Assembly (NCBI RefSeq): GCF_032062105.1
Contig: NW_026931262.1
Span: 124,001-188,000 of the forward strand
Direction: 5' to 3'
Source: Saccostrea cucullata
Taxonomy: Eukaryota
DNA length: 64,000 nucleotides
This document shows, in pieces, positions 63,547 through 64,000 of this stretch. The notes under the pieces are model-generated. The model ran no database searches. It saw only the letters and a list, made by a program, of their open reading frames with translations, and was not told where the DNA came from. The stretch's first letter is position 1. The number at the start of each line of letters is the position of its first letter. Position numbers and translations under genes: made by a program.

Positions 63547-64000
63547 CGAGGGTTGTTCGAAAAGTTCGTGGACGATGTCAATATTTATTATACTACTCGC
63601 TAGAAATTTAAAATAAGCACATTATAATATGAAAAAATATTTGTATAGTTGATGTGTGAATGTTTATTCAATTCGATTTAACAAAAATCAATTTACTCCA
63701 TATTAAAAATCCACATGTTTTGTACCAGAAAAGCAAACTTAACGGCAATTTAACTCAAAACATAGCGTCGAGAATTTCTTAAATATACTATCCCTATACA
63801 TTTCACTATACATCTCACACAGTGTAATCCAATGTCCATTCATTTAATCATTTTTCTTATACTTGAAATTCATTTTTTATTGCTCTCGTTATATAATTTC
63901 CTTTGTTAAGGTTTTAATTTCTTTTATTACTTAAGTCTCCTTTCACAGGATACATACGCAACTATGTTTTTCCTTGACGTTACAACTTTTTAAAGTTTTT
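63547..64000. mobile_element. Tc1/mariner-like element, left end
   Basis: ta|cgagggttgttcgaaaagttcgtggac resembles the TIR at 22971. It interrupts the duplicated intron. Confidence 0.65.

Overview
AT-rich, intron-rich animal genomic DNA. The repeat families (156-168 bp satellites inside Helitron/Helentron-type elements, a Meta-type SINE, a CR1-like LINE) suggest a bivalve, probably an oyster; this is an inference. Two host genes could be reconstructed by hand. (1) A complete 10-exon PA28gamma/PSME3 gene on the minus strand (3438-29008, about 256 aa). Its 13-kb intron 8 opens with a 2.2-kb minisatellite built from the gene's own exon end plus splice donor. (2) The 5' part of an alpha-2-macroglobulin/thioester-protein family gene on the plus strand (46314 to beyond the window end). 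A Thr/Pro-rich linker, an RKRR site and at least three tandem VWC exons are inserted into its macroglobulin core. Between the two genes sits a 3355-bp miniature Polinton/Maverick-type element (AGTAGT termini, about 410-bp TIRs, exact 6-bp TSD AAGGAT). It carries only virion-module-like genes: a minimal penton-like protein, a small basic protein, and an intact packaging ATPase flanked by zinc fingers. It has no polymerase, integrase, protease or major capsid gene. The window also holds orphan spliced gene remnants (36.4-43.3 kb) and many nested non-autonomous DNA transposons. All family assignments come from motif recognition, not database searches.
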